A stretch of 64,000 nt of DNA. It comes from Macrostomum hystrix. Its lineage: Eukaryota; Animalia; Platyhelminthes. The notes beneath the pieces were generated by a model. It was not told the origin of the DNA. It saw only the letters and a list, made by a program, of their open reading frames with translations, and searched no databases. The stretch covers positions 682,001 to 746,000 of the forward strand of contig CATNEN010000014.1 of the NCBI GenBank assembly GCA_950097015.1, written 5' to 3'. How positions within the stretch are numbered: position 1 is the first letter of the stretch; every line of letters begins with the position of its first letter. Shown here in pieces: positions 38,882 through 49,195 of this stretch. The translations under genes and the position numbers were made by a program.

Positions 38882-41800
38882 CTAGCAAGTTTTGCCCCCC
38901 TTCGGGGAGCAGAAATATTTTTAATTCGTCCAGTATATACCTTTTAGCAGCTGTAGTTTCAGCTTTTTTAAAGCTGCAATGATCCCCCAGCTGACAATGA
39001 TCACCCAGTTGCCAATAATACCCCAGTTGATGATGATCCCCTAGTTGACAATGATCCCCCAGTTGACACTGATCCCCCACTTGACAATGATCCCCCAGTT
39101 GACAATGATCCCCCCGTTTACAATGATCCCCCAGTTGACAATGATCACCCAGTTGACAATGATCCCCCAGTTGACAATGATCACCCAGTTGACAATGATC
39201 ACCCAGTTGACAATGATTTTCCAGTTGACAATGATTCCCCAGTTGACAATGATCCCCCAGTTGACAATGATCCCCCAGTTGATGATGATCCCACAGTTGA
39301 CAATGATCCCCCAGTTGACAATGATCCCCCAGTTGACAATGATCCCCCAGTTGATGATGATCCCACAGTTGACAATGATCCCCCAGTTGACAATGATCCC
39401 ACAGTTGACAATGATCCCCCAGTTGACAATGATACCCCAGTCGACAATGATTCCCCAGTTGACAATGATCCCCCAGTTGATGATGACTCCCCATTGATGA
39501 TGATCCCCAGTTGACAATGTTCTCCCACTTGACAATGACCCCCCAGTTGACAATGATCCCCCCGTTTACAATGATCCCCCAGTTGACAATGATCACCCAG
39601 TTGACAATGATCCCCCAGTCGACAATGATTCCCCAGTCAACAATGATCCCCAGTTGACAATGTTCCCCCAGTTGACAATGATTCCCCAGTTGACAATGAT
39701 CCCCCAGTTGATGATGACTCCCTATTGATGATGATCCCCAGTTGACAATGATCCCCCAGTTGATAATTATTCCCCAGTTGACAATGAACCCCCAGTTAAT
39801 GATGATCACCCAGTTGATGATGACTCCCCATTGATGATGATGCCCAGTTGACCATCATCCCCCAGTTGACAATGATCCCCCAGTCGACAATGATCCCCCA
39901 GTCGACAATGATTCCCCAGTTGATGATGATCAACCAGTTGACAATGATCCCCCAGTTGACAATGATCCCCCAGTTGATGATGATCCCACAGTTGACAATG
40001 ATCCCCCAGTTGACAATGATCCCCCAGTTGACAATGATCCCCCAGTTGATGATGATCCCACAGTTGACAATGATCCCCCAGTTGACAATGATCCCACAGT
40101 TGACAATGATCCCCCAGTTGACAATGATCACCCAGTTGACAATGATCACCCAGTTGACAATGATCCCCCAGTTGATGATGACTCCCCATTGATGATGATC
40201 CCCAGTTGACAATGTTCTCCCACTTGACAATGACCCCCCAGTTGACAATGATCCCCCCGTTTACAATGATCCCCCAGTTGACAATGATCACCCAGTTGAC
40301 AATGATCCCCCAGTCGACAATGATTCCCCAGTCAACAATGATCCCCAGTTGACAATGTTCCCCCAGTTGACAATGATTCCCCAGTTGACAATGATCCCCC
40401 AGTTGATGATGACTCCCTATTGATGATGATCCCCAGTTGACAATGATCCCCCAGTTGATAATTATTCCCCAGTTGACAATGAACCCCCAGTTAATGATGA
40501 TCACCCAGTTGATGATGACTCCCCATTGATGATGATGCCCAGTTGACCATCATCCCCCAGTTGACAATGATCCCCCAGTCGACAATGATCCCCCAGTCGA
40601 CAATGATTCCCCAGTTGATGATGATCAACCAGTTGACAATGATCCCCCAGTTGACAATGATCCCCCAGTTGATGATGATCCCACAGTTGACAATGATCCC
40701 CCAGTTGACAATGATCCCCCAGTTGACAATGATCCCCCAGTTGATGATGATCCCACAGTTGACAATGATCCCCCAGTTGACAATGATCCCACAGTTGACA
40801 ATGATCCCCCAGTTGACAATGATCACCCAGTTGACAATGATCACCCAGTTGACAATGATTTTCCAGTTGACAATGATTCCCCAGTTGACAATGATCCCCC
40901 AGTTGACAATGATCCCCCAGTTGATGATGATCCCACAGTTGACAATGATCCCCCAGTTGACAATGATCCCCCAGTTGACAATGATCCCCCAGTTGATGAT
41001 GATCCCACAGTTGACAATGATCCCACAGTTGACAATGATCCCCCAGTTGACAATGATCCCCTAGTTCACAATGATCCCCCAGATGATGATGATCCCCCAG
41101 TTGATGATGATCACCCAGTTGACAATGATCCCCCAGTTGACATTGATCCCCCAGTTTACAATGATCCCACAGTTGACAATGATTCCCCAGTTGACCATGA
41201 TCCCCCATTTGATGATGACTCCCAAATGATAATGATCCCCATTTGACAATGATCCCCAGTTGACCATGATCCCCCATTTGATGATGATTCCCCAGTTTAC
41301 AATTATCCCACAGTTGACGATTATCCCCCAGTTCTGGTTTTGCCATGATTCAAACTCTGATTTTGCCATGATTCAAACTCTGGTTTAGCCATGATTCAAA
41401 CTCTGGTTTAGCCATGATTCAAACTCTGGTTTAGCCATGATTCAAACTCTCATTTAGCCATGATTCAAACTCTGGTTTTGCCATGATTCAAACTTAAATT
41501 TAGCCATGATTCAGACTCTGGTTTAGCCATGATTCAGACTCTGGTTTAGCCTTGATTCAGACTCTGCCATGATTCAGACTCTGGTTTAGCCATGATTCAA
41601 ACGCTGGTTTTGCCATGAGAACTAATTCCCCTCCAGCAGCAGAGAACTAATTTCCCGAGCAGCAGAGAACTAATTTCCCGAGCAGCAGAGAACTAATTCC
41701 CCCAGCAGCAGAGAACTAATTCCCCCAGCAGCAGAGAACTAATTCCCCCAGCAGCAGAGAACTAATTCCCCCAGCAGCAGAGAACTAATTCCCCCAGCAG

Positions 41801-43156
41801 CAGAGAACTAATTCCCCCAGCAGCAGAGAACTAATTCCCCCAGCAGCAGAGAACTAATGTTCTCCAAACAGAAGAGAACCTCCATAATACCAGAATGGAG
41901 GCTACTTGCAGGCTACCAAACTCGCAGCAAGAAATGTTTGCCCTTTTTCTTTGACAGGAAACCATTGCCCCCAAATAGCATAGAAACGATGTGTCCATCA
42001 TTTTACTCAGCCCAGAAGGCAACAAATATCTCCTGTTACATCTCCTGTTACATGTGGCACGGTAGATACATTTAGAAAACTGTTAAACACATTTAGAAAA
42101 TCGTTGAGCACTTTAGAAAACGGTTTCGATCAGTGTTCGTCGAATAAAGTTTTATAATTATTATTATTAAATGAGCTATTTTTTTGATCGAATAACGCTT
42201 AAAACAATGCTAAAAAAATTTGAAATAATTTACGCTCTTAGCTGCGCTCAATATTTTTTTCTTGCAGTTCTCAATTGTGATATCGCCTGCAGCTATGCAC
42301 AAAAATATTTCCTTAGTTTTATTATCGAATTCCCGATACTCGAAAAAACTTATACTATTTTCTGAAAGGGAGTACAGGAATAATAAAGCTAACAAATATC
42401 TGCTTCGACAGTAGCTAACCAAAATCGCTTACTATTTATACTCGAACCAAAAATGCCCAAAAAGTACTAATAAATAGGAACTTACGTTTTTAACTGCTGA
42501 TGTTTAGAAGATTAGAAGAAAAAGAAGCAGTAACAAAACCGATGCTGAAATTCTACCTGCATTCTACAAAAGCATTAAAGTACTTTACTTCGGAGCTAGA
42601 TGAAAAGAAAGCGGCACAATGATCGAAGTCGAGACAAGGTTTGACAATAGAAAGGCTGCAGTTTTATGGATAGAAAGGAGGAGGAGAGGTCTCGCTAGCA
42701 TTGAGCATCATAAAAGCCCAATCATGAAATCTGCTATGTACGTTTTGCGTATTCAAATCAAATCACTCGATCAGCCAAGAGACAAATTTATAAACGTACG
42801 TAGGGGTCGAAAAGCAGTGACGCAATCCTATTCAATTGAGAGTATCGGGCCCTGTTCAGTGCTATACCAATGCACGCGCGGGCGAGAAAAAGCACCGATG
42901 CAATCTAATAAAACTGACAGTGTCCGGCCCTATTCTAATTTAACCTTGTTTGGCCTCCTATTGAAAGCAATAGGAAAACTCGTTTTTCGAATATTTAATA
43001 CCCTTGAAATTGAGACAGAATGATGAAATTTGATCAGTCTAATCCTTGGATGAATTGGCACTTTTTGGTGAAAACAGGAAAAAAAATGGTCTAGCCATTC
43101 ATTCGCTAGAGCGTTTCAGATGGACAGACAGATCTTAGACATTTAGTATAGTAGGA
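38882..43156 (-). mobile_element. Helitron unit 9 (divergent, probably chimeric): 18-bp array ~38977-41332, short 23-bp array ~41333-41617, third repeat, 5' end of a related family
   Basis: 3' hairpin+CTAG at 38882; 5' end A|TCCTACTATACTAAATG with (CTGT)n-like microsatellite at 43156; region 43055-43156 resembles but differs from the 5' region of units 2-8; linkage of the two ends is inferred. Confidence 0.55.
41617..41858. repeat. 23-bp minisatellite GAGAACTAATTCCCCCAGCAGCA, about 10 copies
   Basis: Direct periodicity, abutting the end of the other 23-bp array. Confidence 0.95.
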
Positions 43157-43172
43157 TGGTAATGGTAATTAT

Positions 43173-43340
43173 CAGTGGCGTAGCTAGGGGGATACGGGGA
43201 CATATCCCCCCAAGCGGCAGAAAAATTGTGGGAGGGTTGAAAGGGGGGAGTATTTCCATTAAAATACAATGAATTTTTTTAATTGTTCGTTTAACTTTTG
43301 TCATTTATCCCCCCATCGAAAATTCCTAGCTACGCCACTG
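43173..43340. mobile_element. 168-bp hAT-type MITE
   Basis: Perfect 16-bp TIR CAGTGGCGTAGCTAGG / CCTAGCTACGCCACTG; perfect 8-bp target duplication GTAATTAT (43165-43172, 43341-43348). Confidence 0.9.
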
Positions 43341-43364
43341 GTAATTATATTTCGTATTATCGTA

Positions 43365-43423
43365 CCAAGGACCACAAGAAGATTGAAGAATTCTAGAAGA
43401 ACTATTTTTCTAGTGGTCCTTGG
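43365..43423. mobile_element. 59-bp minimal TIR element flanked by TA
   Basis: TA|CCAAGGACCACAAGAA ... TTCTAGTGGTCCTTGG|TA; arms match 15/16. Confidence 0.6.
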
Positions 43424-44253
43424 TAGCACCTTGCTTGTTTCTTATCAGTAGTTTATTATAATTAGCTTTTTGTCAATAATCGAATTTTATTCTATATTTT
43501 TATAAAAACATATATTAGAAATACAATTCTGTCTATTCACTTAGAACTGATAGTACAAATTTTGTGATAATACCATATCTTTGTAACAACTGAATTATAT
43601 TTGATATTATCTCATGTGATTCCTGGTTCTTATCAATTCACTACTATTTACTAACATATTACAATTAAATTATTGTGTCTCATTTTTATAAAGACTCAAC
43701 TTTATTTCTTTTTTTGTTATTTGCTTTAGGCCTATTAAAAAGTAATATTTAAATAATTTGGCAGCAAAATTGTACTTTAAAATAAAAATTTCATTGAGTT
43801 TAGAATTTTCTGTTTCTAATTAGAAGAGCTCTACATTTTCTATTGATTGTGTAGCAGCACAGCACAAATGAGTGTAGTTAGCTCTCTAGCCCTTGATTAA
43901 AACTGCAAGTGGGGTAAAAATTGGGCAATGTCGCGAATTTGATTACGCCTAAGATATTCAGTGCCATATTCAAGCAGGGGATGGGAGGGATGAATCCCAC
44001 ATAGGCAGTTGTCATTTTTTCCTTTAAATTTCTAAAGAATGAATAAACAATGTGTCAAAAGTCGGGGTATAAGGCCAAAACAAAATTTTAACAAAAAATA
44101 TTATACTCTCAGTGAAATTAAATCCTAATTATGTGCCTGGAGACTTTGCATGGGTAGCTAAAAGTTTGGTCTCACTCAGGTGTGTGGTATAACATGTTTC
44201 TGAGTGTATACCAGTTTTATTACCTAAGTACATAATAATTTTGGAAGTGTTTA

Positions 44254-44938
44254 TTCCCACGGTCCCATGCTGATAATTTTCTACTTATCCACATGGCAGC
44301 TTGTATGAATAGGTCTACAACTCTTTATATATGCCGTGCCATTAATTTCAATTTTATTCACACGGATCTGTGCAGATAATTCTCGGCCTATCCACACTAC
44401 AGCTTGTTTTGCCAATAACTTTAAGATCTTAAAGCACATATTTTACAGGAACTGTGTAGCAATTTTCATGTACTATATACAACTGGCCATACATGTTTTC
44501 CAGAACCTGCAGTACCTGTAGTAGGGCCTCTTTTACTTACGAGCAATGCACACATTAAATTTCAAATAATATGTAATGTTGCTAACAATCGCATGAAGAA
44601 TTGTGCTGACATTTGTATTGCACACACACTTAAAATATGATATGATGTACATGCGCAAATGATACTACTGACTTGTTACCATACAAAAATAAGGTTTCAG
44701 AAACTTGACAAAAGCATGTTAACTAGTTCCGCGCTTTCCTCTGCGAATCTTTACAATTGTGTGTCCTTCAGACTTAGGAGTTAAATTCTTGAGAGTTGAA
44801 ACAGTGTCCCAATGCTTTTGCTGGAAAATTTTCTTAGTTATAGACCTATTCATACAAGCTGCTGTGTGGATAAGCAGAAAATTATTGGCATGGATCCGTG
44901 TGGATAAAATTGAAATTATCTCCACGGGACCGTGGGAA
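44254..44938. mobile_element. 685-bp TA-flanked MITE with long imperfect inverted subterminal repeats
   Basis: TA|TTCCCACGGTCCC ... GGGACCGTGGGAA|TA; inverted ~45-bp blocks at ~44273-44317 and ~44842-44885; repeated TATCCACA motifs. Confidence 0.75.
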
Positions 44939-45055
44939 TAAGCTTTTAATAAGCTTTTATTACTGTGGGCAAGTAATAATTTTTTCAAGTCTCTAAAAAT
45001 TTGTTTAAGTGAATGTAAACTAAATTGTTAAAATATTTCAGTGCTTTAATGATCA

Positions 45056-46627
45056 ATGGCCAATAGCCTTGAGTACCACATGAATAAGGCCCTCAATGGA
45101 CCATACAACTACATTTGCCAAGCTGGTGGCAAGCAAATTCGTGGCAAGCTCTTTAAGGTGCAAGGTTTAAACCAGATTTATTTAATCAAACTAATGATGT
45201 GAGTTTACCTCTGAAATTGGATTAACATCTTTCCATCTTGCAGGCATTCAATCACTGGTTAAATGTGAGCGAAGAAGTCATGTCTGTAATTTCTGAAATT
45301 GCAGAAATGCTGCACAATTCGTCACTTATGTAAGCCTGCCGAGCTCTAGCTTTGTGAGCTCTGTTCTAGCATAGTGTGATTGAGAGTTGGGCACACAATC
45401 AGGTTTCGCCATTAGTGTGTTTCTAACCAACTACTTACCTCTTTCTTTCCCTTTCCCATTTCCAGCATCGATGACATCGAAGACAGCTCGGAGCTGCGCC
45501 GCGGAGTGCCAGTGACTCACCACGTGTTCGGCCTGCCCCTCTCCCTCAACAGCGCGTGCTTCATGTACTTTAAGGCCTTGGAGTCTGCGCTCCGCCTGCC
45601 AGACAGCCGAGTGCCACGTGTTTTCACTGACCAAATGCTGGTGCTGCACCGCGGCCAAGGCCTGGACCTGTACTGGCGGGACACGTACACCTGCCCCACC
45701 CTGGAGCAGTACCAGGAGATGGTGCGCATGAAAACTGGCGGCCTGTTCGGCCTTGGCGTCCGGCTCATGTGCCTGTTCTCTGGCGACTCTGGCGCTGCTA
45801 GGGAAACTGAACTGCTCCGCATTGCCGACCTGCTGGGGATCTTCTTCCAGGTGAGGGCTGGGGATCTTCTTCCAGGTAAGGGTTAGGGATCTTCTTCCAG
45901 GTGAGGGCTGGGGATCTTCTTCCAGGTGAGGGTTAGGGATCTTCTTCCAGGTGAGGGCTGGGGATCTTCTTCCAGGTGAGGGCTGGGGATCTTCTTCCAG
46001 GTGAGGGTTAGGGATCTTCTTCCAGGTGAGGGTTAGGGATCTTCTTCCAGGTGAGGGTTAGGGATCTTCTTCCAGGTGAGGGCTGGGGATCTTCTTTCTG
46101 GTGAGGGCTGGGGATCTTCTTCCAGGTGAGGGCTGGGGATCTTCTTCCAGGTGAGGGCTGGGGATCTTAATTGAGGTGAGTTTTAGGGATTTTTCTCCAG
46201 GTGAGGGCGGCAGCAGTTATTTTAGGGGATCAGGTCCAAATGTCGATTTTAGTTAAAGTTTTATAAACTGTTCCACTGCAAGGTGCGTGACGACTACGCC
46301 AACCTGATGTCGGAGGAGTACCATGACAACAAGTCCTTCTGCGAGGACCTGACGGAGGGCAAATACAGCTACCCCATCGTGTGGGCCATCCAGAACTGCC
46401 CGGACGATGACCAGATCGCCTCGGTGTTGCGTCAGCGAACTCGCGACGTCGAAGTGAAGAAATTCTGCGTCAGGCATTTGCGAAGCCTTGGCGCCCTGGA
46501 CCACACCGTGCATTTCCTGCGCCAGCTCGAGGCCCAGCTGATACTGCTGCTGGACACACTCAGTCCGGACAATGCTCTGCTCAGGCAACTAATCACTGAG
46601 CTGGCTAAGCTCTACTCAGGCGCCTGA
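45056..46627 (+). CDS. GGPS1: Geranylgeranyl diphosphate synthase (type III-like trans-prenyltransferase), 4 coding exons, about 305 aa
   Basis: Exons 45056-45157, 45244-45329, 45466-45850, 46283-46627 join in frame at GT-AG introns; motifs GKQIRGKL, AFNHWL, MLHNSSLIIDDIED..LRRG (FARM), LHRGQGLDLYWRD, KTGGLF, FFQVRDDYANL (SARM), SFCEDLTEGKYSYP. Confidence 0.95.
45836..46207 (+). repeat. 25-bp tandem repeat of the GGPS1 exon 3/intron 3 junction, 15 copies
   Basis: Unit GGGATCTTCTTCCAG|GTGAGGG(CTG/TTA); GT donors at 45851 + 25n up to 46201. Confidence 0.97.
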
Positions 46628-46649
46628 CTAGCCCCACCGCGATTCCGAT

Positions 46650-48600
46650 CCTTGGGGTTTATTAGTCAGGGAATCTGAGGAATTCAAGGATGAAGTATGG
46701 ATCAATTAGGGGATCGTTGGGATTTGATAGTTAGGGGATCAGAGGAATTATTGGATGAAGTATGGATCAATTAGGGGATCGTTGGGATTTGATTGTTAGG
46801 GGATCAGAGGAATTATTGGATGAAGTATCGATCAATTAGGGGATCGTTGGGATTTGATTGTTAGGGGATCAGAGGAATTATAGGATGAAGTATAGATCAA
46901 TTAGGGGATCGTTGGGATTTGATTGTTAGGGGATCAGAGGAATTATAGGATGAAGTATCGATCAATTAGGGGATCGTTGGGATTTGATTGTTAGGGGATC
47001 AGAGGAATTATAAGATGAAGTATAGATCAATTAGGGGATCGTTGGGATTTGATTGTTAGGGGATCAGAGGAATTATAGGATGAAGTATAGATCAATTAGA
47101 GGATCGTTGGGATTTGATTGTTAGGGGATCAGAGGAATTATAGGATGAAGTATAGATCAATTAGGGGATCGTTGGGATTTGATTGTTAGGGGATCAGAGG
47201 AATTATAAGATGAAGTATAGATCAATTAGAGGATCGTTGGGATTTGATTGTTAGGGGATCAGAGGAATTATAGGATGAAGTATAGATCAATTAGGGGATC
47301 GTTGGGATTTGATTGTTAGGGGATCAGAGGAATTATTGGATGAAGTATCGATCAATTAGGGGATCGTTGGGATTTGATTGTTAGGGGATCAGAGGAATTA
47401 TAGGATGAAGTATAGATCAATTAGGGGATCGTTGGGATTTGATTGTTAGGGGATCAGAGGAATTATTGGATGAAGTATCGATCAATTAGGGGATCGTTGG
47501 GATTTGATTGTTAGGGGATCAGAGGAATTATTGGATGAAGTATCGATCATTTAGGGGATCGTTGGGATTTGATTGTTAGGGGATCAGAGGAATTATAGGA
47601 TGAAGTATAGATCAATTAGGGGATCGTTGGGATTTGATTGTTAGGGGATCAGAGGAATTATTGGATGAAGTATCGATCATTTAGGGGATCGTTGGGATTT
47701 GATTGTTAGGGGATCAGAGGAATTATAGGATGAAGTATAGATCAATTAGGGGATCGTTGGGATTTGATTGTTAGGGGATCAGAGGAATTATTGGATGAAG
47801 TATCGATCATTTAGGGGATCGTTGGGATTTGATTGTTAGGGGATCAGAGGAATTATAGGATGAAGTATAGATCAATTAGGGGATCGTTGGGATTTGATTG
47901 TTAGGGGATCAGAGGAATTATTGGATGAAGTATCGATCAATTAGGGGATCGTTGGGATTTGATTGTTAGGGGATCAGAGGAATTATAGGATGAAGTATAG
48001 ATCAATTAGGGGATCGTTGGGATTTGATTGTTAGGGGATCAGAGGAATTATTGGATGAAGTATCGATCATTTAGGGGATCGTTGGGATTTGATTGTTAGG
48101 GGATCAGAGGAATTATAGGATGAAGTATAGATCAATTAGGGGATCGTTGGGATTTGATTGTTAGGGGATCAGAGGAATTATTGGATGAAGTATCGATCAA
48201 TTAGGGGATCGTTGGGATTAATTACGAGTTAGGGAATTCGAGTATTAAGTGTCGAATTATTTAGGGGATCGTTGGGATTTGATTGTTAGGGGATCAGAGG
48301 AATTATTGGATGAAGTATCGATCAATTAGGGGATCGTTGGGATTTGATTGTTAGGGGATCAGAGGAATTATTGGATGAAGTATCGATCATTTAGGGGATC
48401 GTTGGGATTTGATTGTTAGGGGATCAGAGGAATTATTGGATGAAGTATCGATCAATTAGGGGATCGTTGGGATTAATTACGAGTTAGGGAATTCGAGTAT
48501 TAAGTGTCGAATTATTTAGGGATCGTTGGGATTTAATTGTTAGGGGATCAGACGATTAAGAATCGATTAATTTAGGGATCGGTCGGATTTATTTGTCATG
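46650..48600. repeat. 65-bp minisatellite (about 29 copies) downstream of the GGPS1 stop
   Basis: Unit GGATGAAGTATAGATCAATTAGGGGATCGTTGGGATTTGATTGTTAGGGGATCAGAGGAATTATA; period 65 (46883, 46948); degenerate edges. Confidence 0.95.
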
Positions 48601-48613
48601 GGATCTCTGGGCT

Positions 48614-48619
48614 AATAAA
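48614..48619 (+). terminator. Candidate GGPS1 polyadenylation signal (second AATAAA at 48901)
   Basis: First AATAAA found after the stop codon at 46627. Confidence 0.4.
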
Positions 48620-49195
48620 GTCTCCTTTTGCGCCTCTAACAAAGTCAGCCAGCGCACATTGCTATCGATAGTCTACTGCTTCTTCCTTTAGTCATATATT
48701 CAGATCTTAATTATGTTGACCTGTTTTTTATAGATAAAGTTTTCTGCATCCTTTTCCTTGTTGGCAGTTATACTCCAGCTCCTGTTTGTATTGCGTTCGC
48801 TCGCTACTGCTATTCTCATTGTTCTCTACCGGCTTGTCTTCAACTCGGTCATTGCCGAGTTATCATTGACTGTTATCATTGACTGTTTTGCAGCCAAGCA
48901 AATAAATGTTTATAAATGGATGTGTACTTCAAGCTTGCATGCGACTGGAACAATAAGCTTATTTTAGAAGTCACTGTGGCAAAATATATATTCCAGTTTA
49001 TGCAGCTCCCGCATGTTGTATGCGGCCTATTTTCGTGTCCTTAACTTTCACACACATTTTAGTCCACAGGATTTGCCCAGAAAGATAATGCGCTTCCCGG
49101 AGCTCTCAGACTCTCATCTACATCGCTTCCAGCTGTTGACATGGCCGCTCACTGACGACACTGAGTGAGCAGCCTGGTGCAACAGTGACACCCCA

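Larger units (their letters stand above)
679..43156 (-). mobile_element. Tandem head-to-tail array of 9 non-autonomous Helitron-type units carrying satellites
   Basis: Minus-strand 3' ends (hairpin TGCTCCCC-GAA-GGGGGGCA, then AAACTTG, then CTAG) at plus coordinates 679, 6680, 13516, 17205, 22226, 25915, 30936, 34625, 38882; internal junctions read CTAG|TC; outer flanks are T after the last CTAG (678) and A before the first TC (43157); no Rep/helicase ORF. Confidence 0.85.

Noticed and set aside
669-41369. Dozens of long ORFs (LTMIPQ, VNWGII, STGGSL, LGDHCQ, VDNDPP repeats)
   Set aside because: They are the six-frame readings of an 18-bp monomer that lacks stops in most frames; several frames on both strands are open at once and break at 17-bp variants. 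No evidence of coding.
41831-43451. Short ORFs of 60-134 aa in unique DNA
   Set aside because: AT-rich, no recognisable motifs, overlapping transposon ends.
44285-44907. Three perfect DnaA boxes (TTATCCACA at 44285; TGTGGATAA at 44865 and 44899)
   Set aside because: They are part of the inverted subterminal repeats of a MITE in a eukaryotic locus; no bacterial origin context.
46650-48600. Interstitial telomeric repeat
   Set aside because: TTAGGG occurs only as isolated hexamers within a 65-bp unit, never in tandem.
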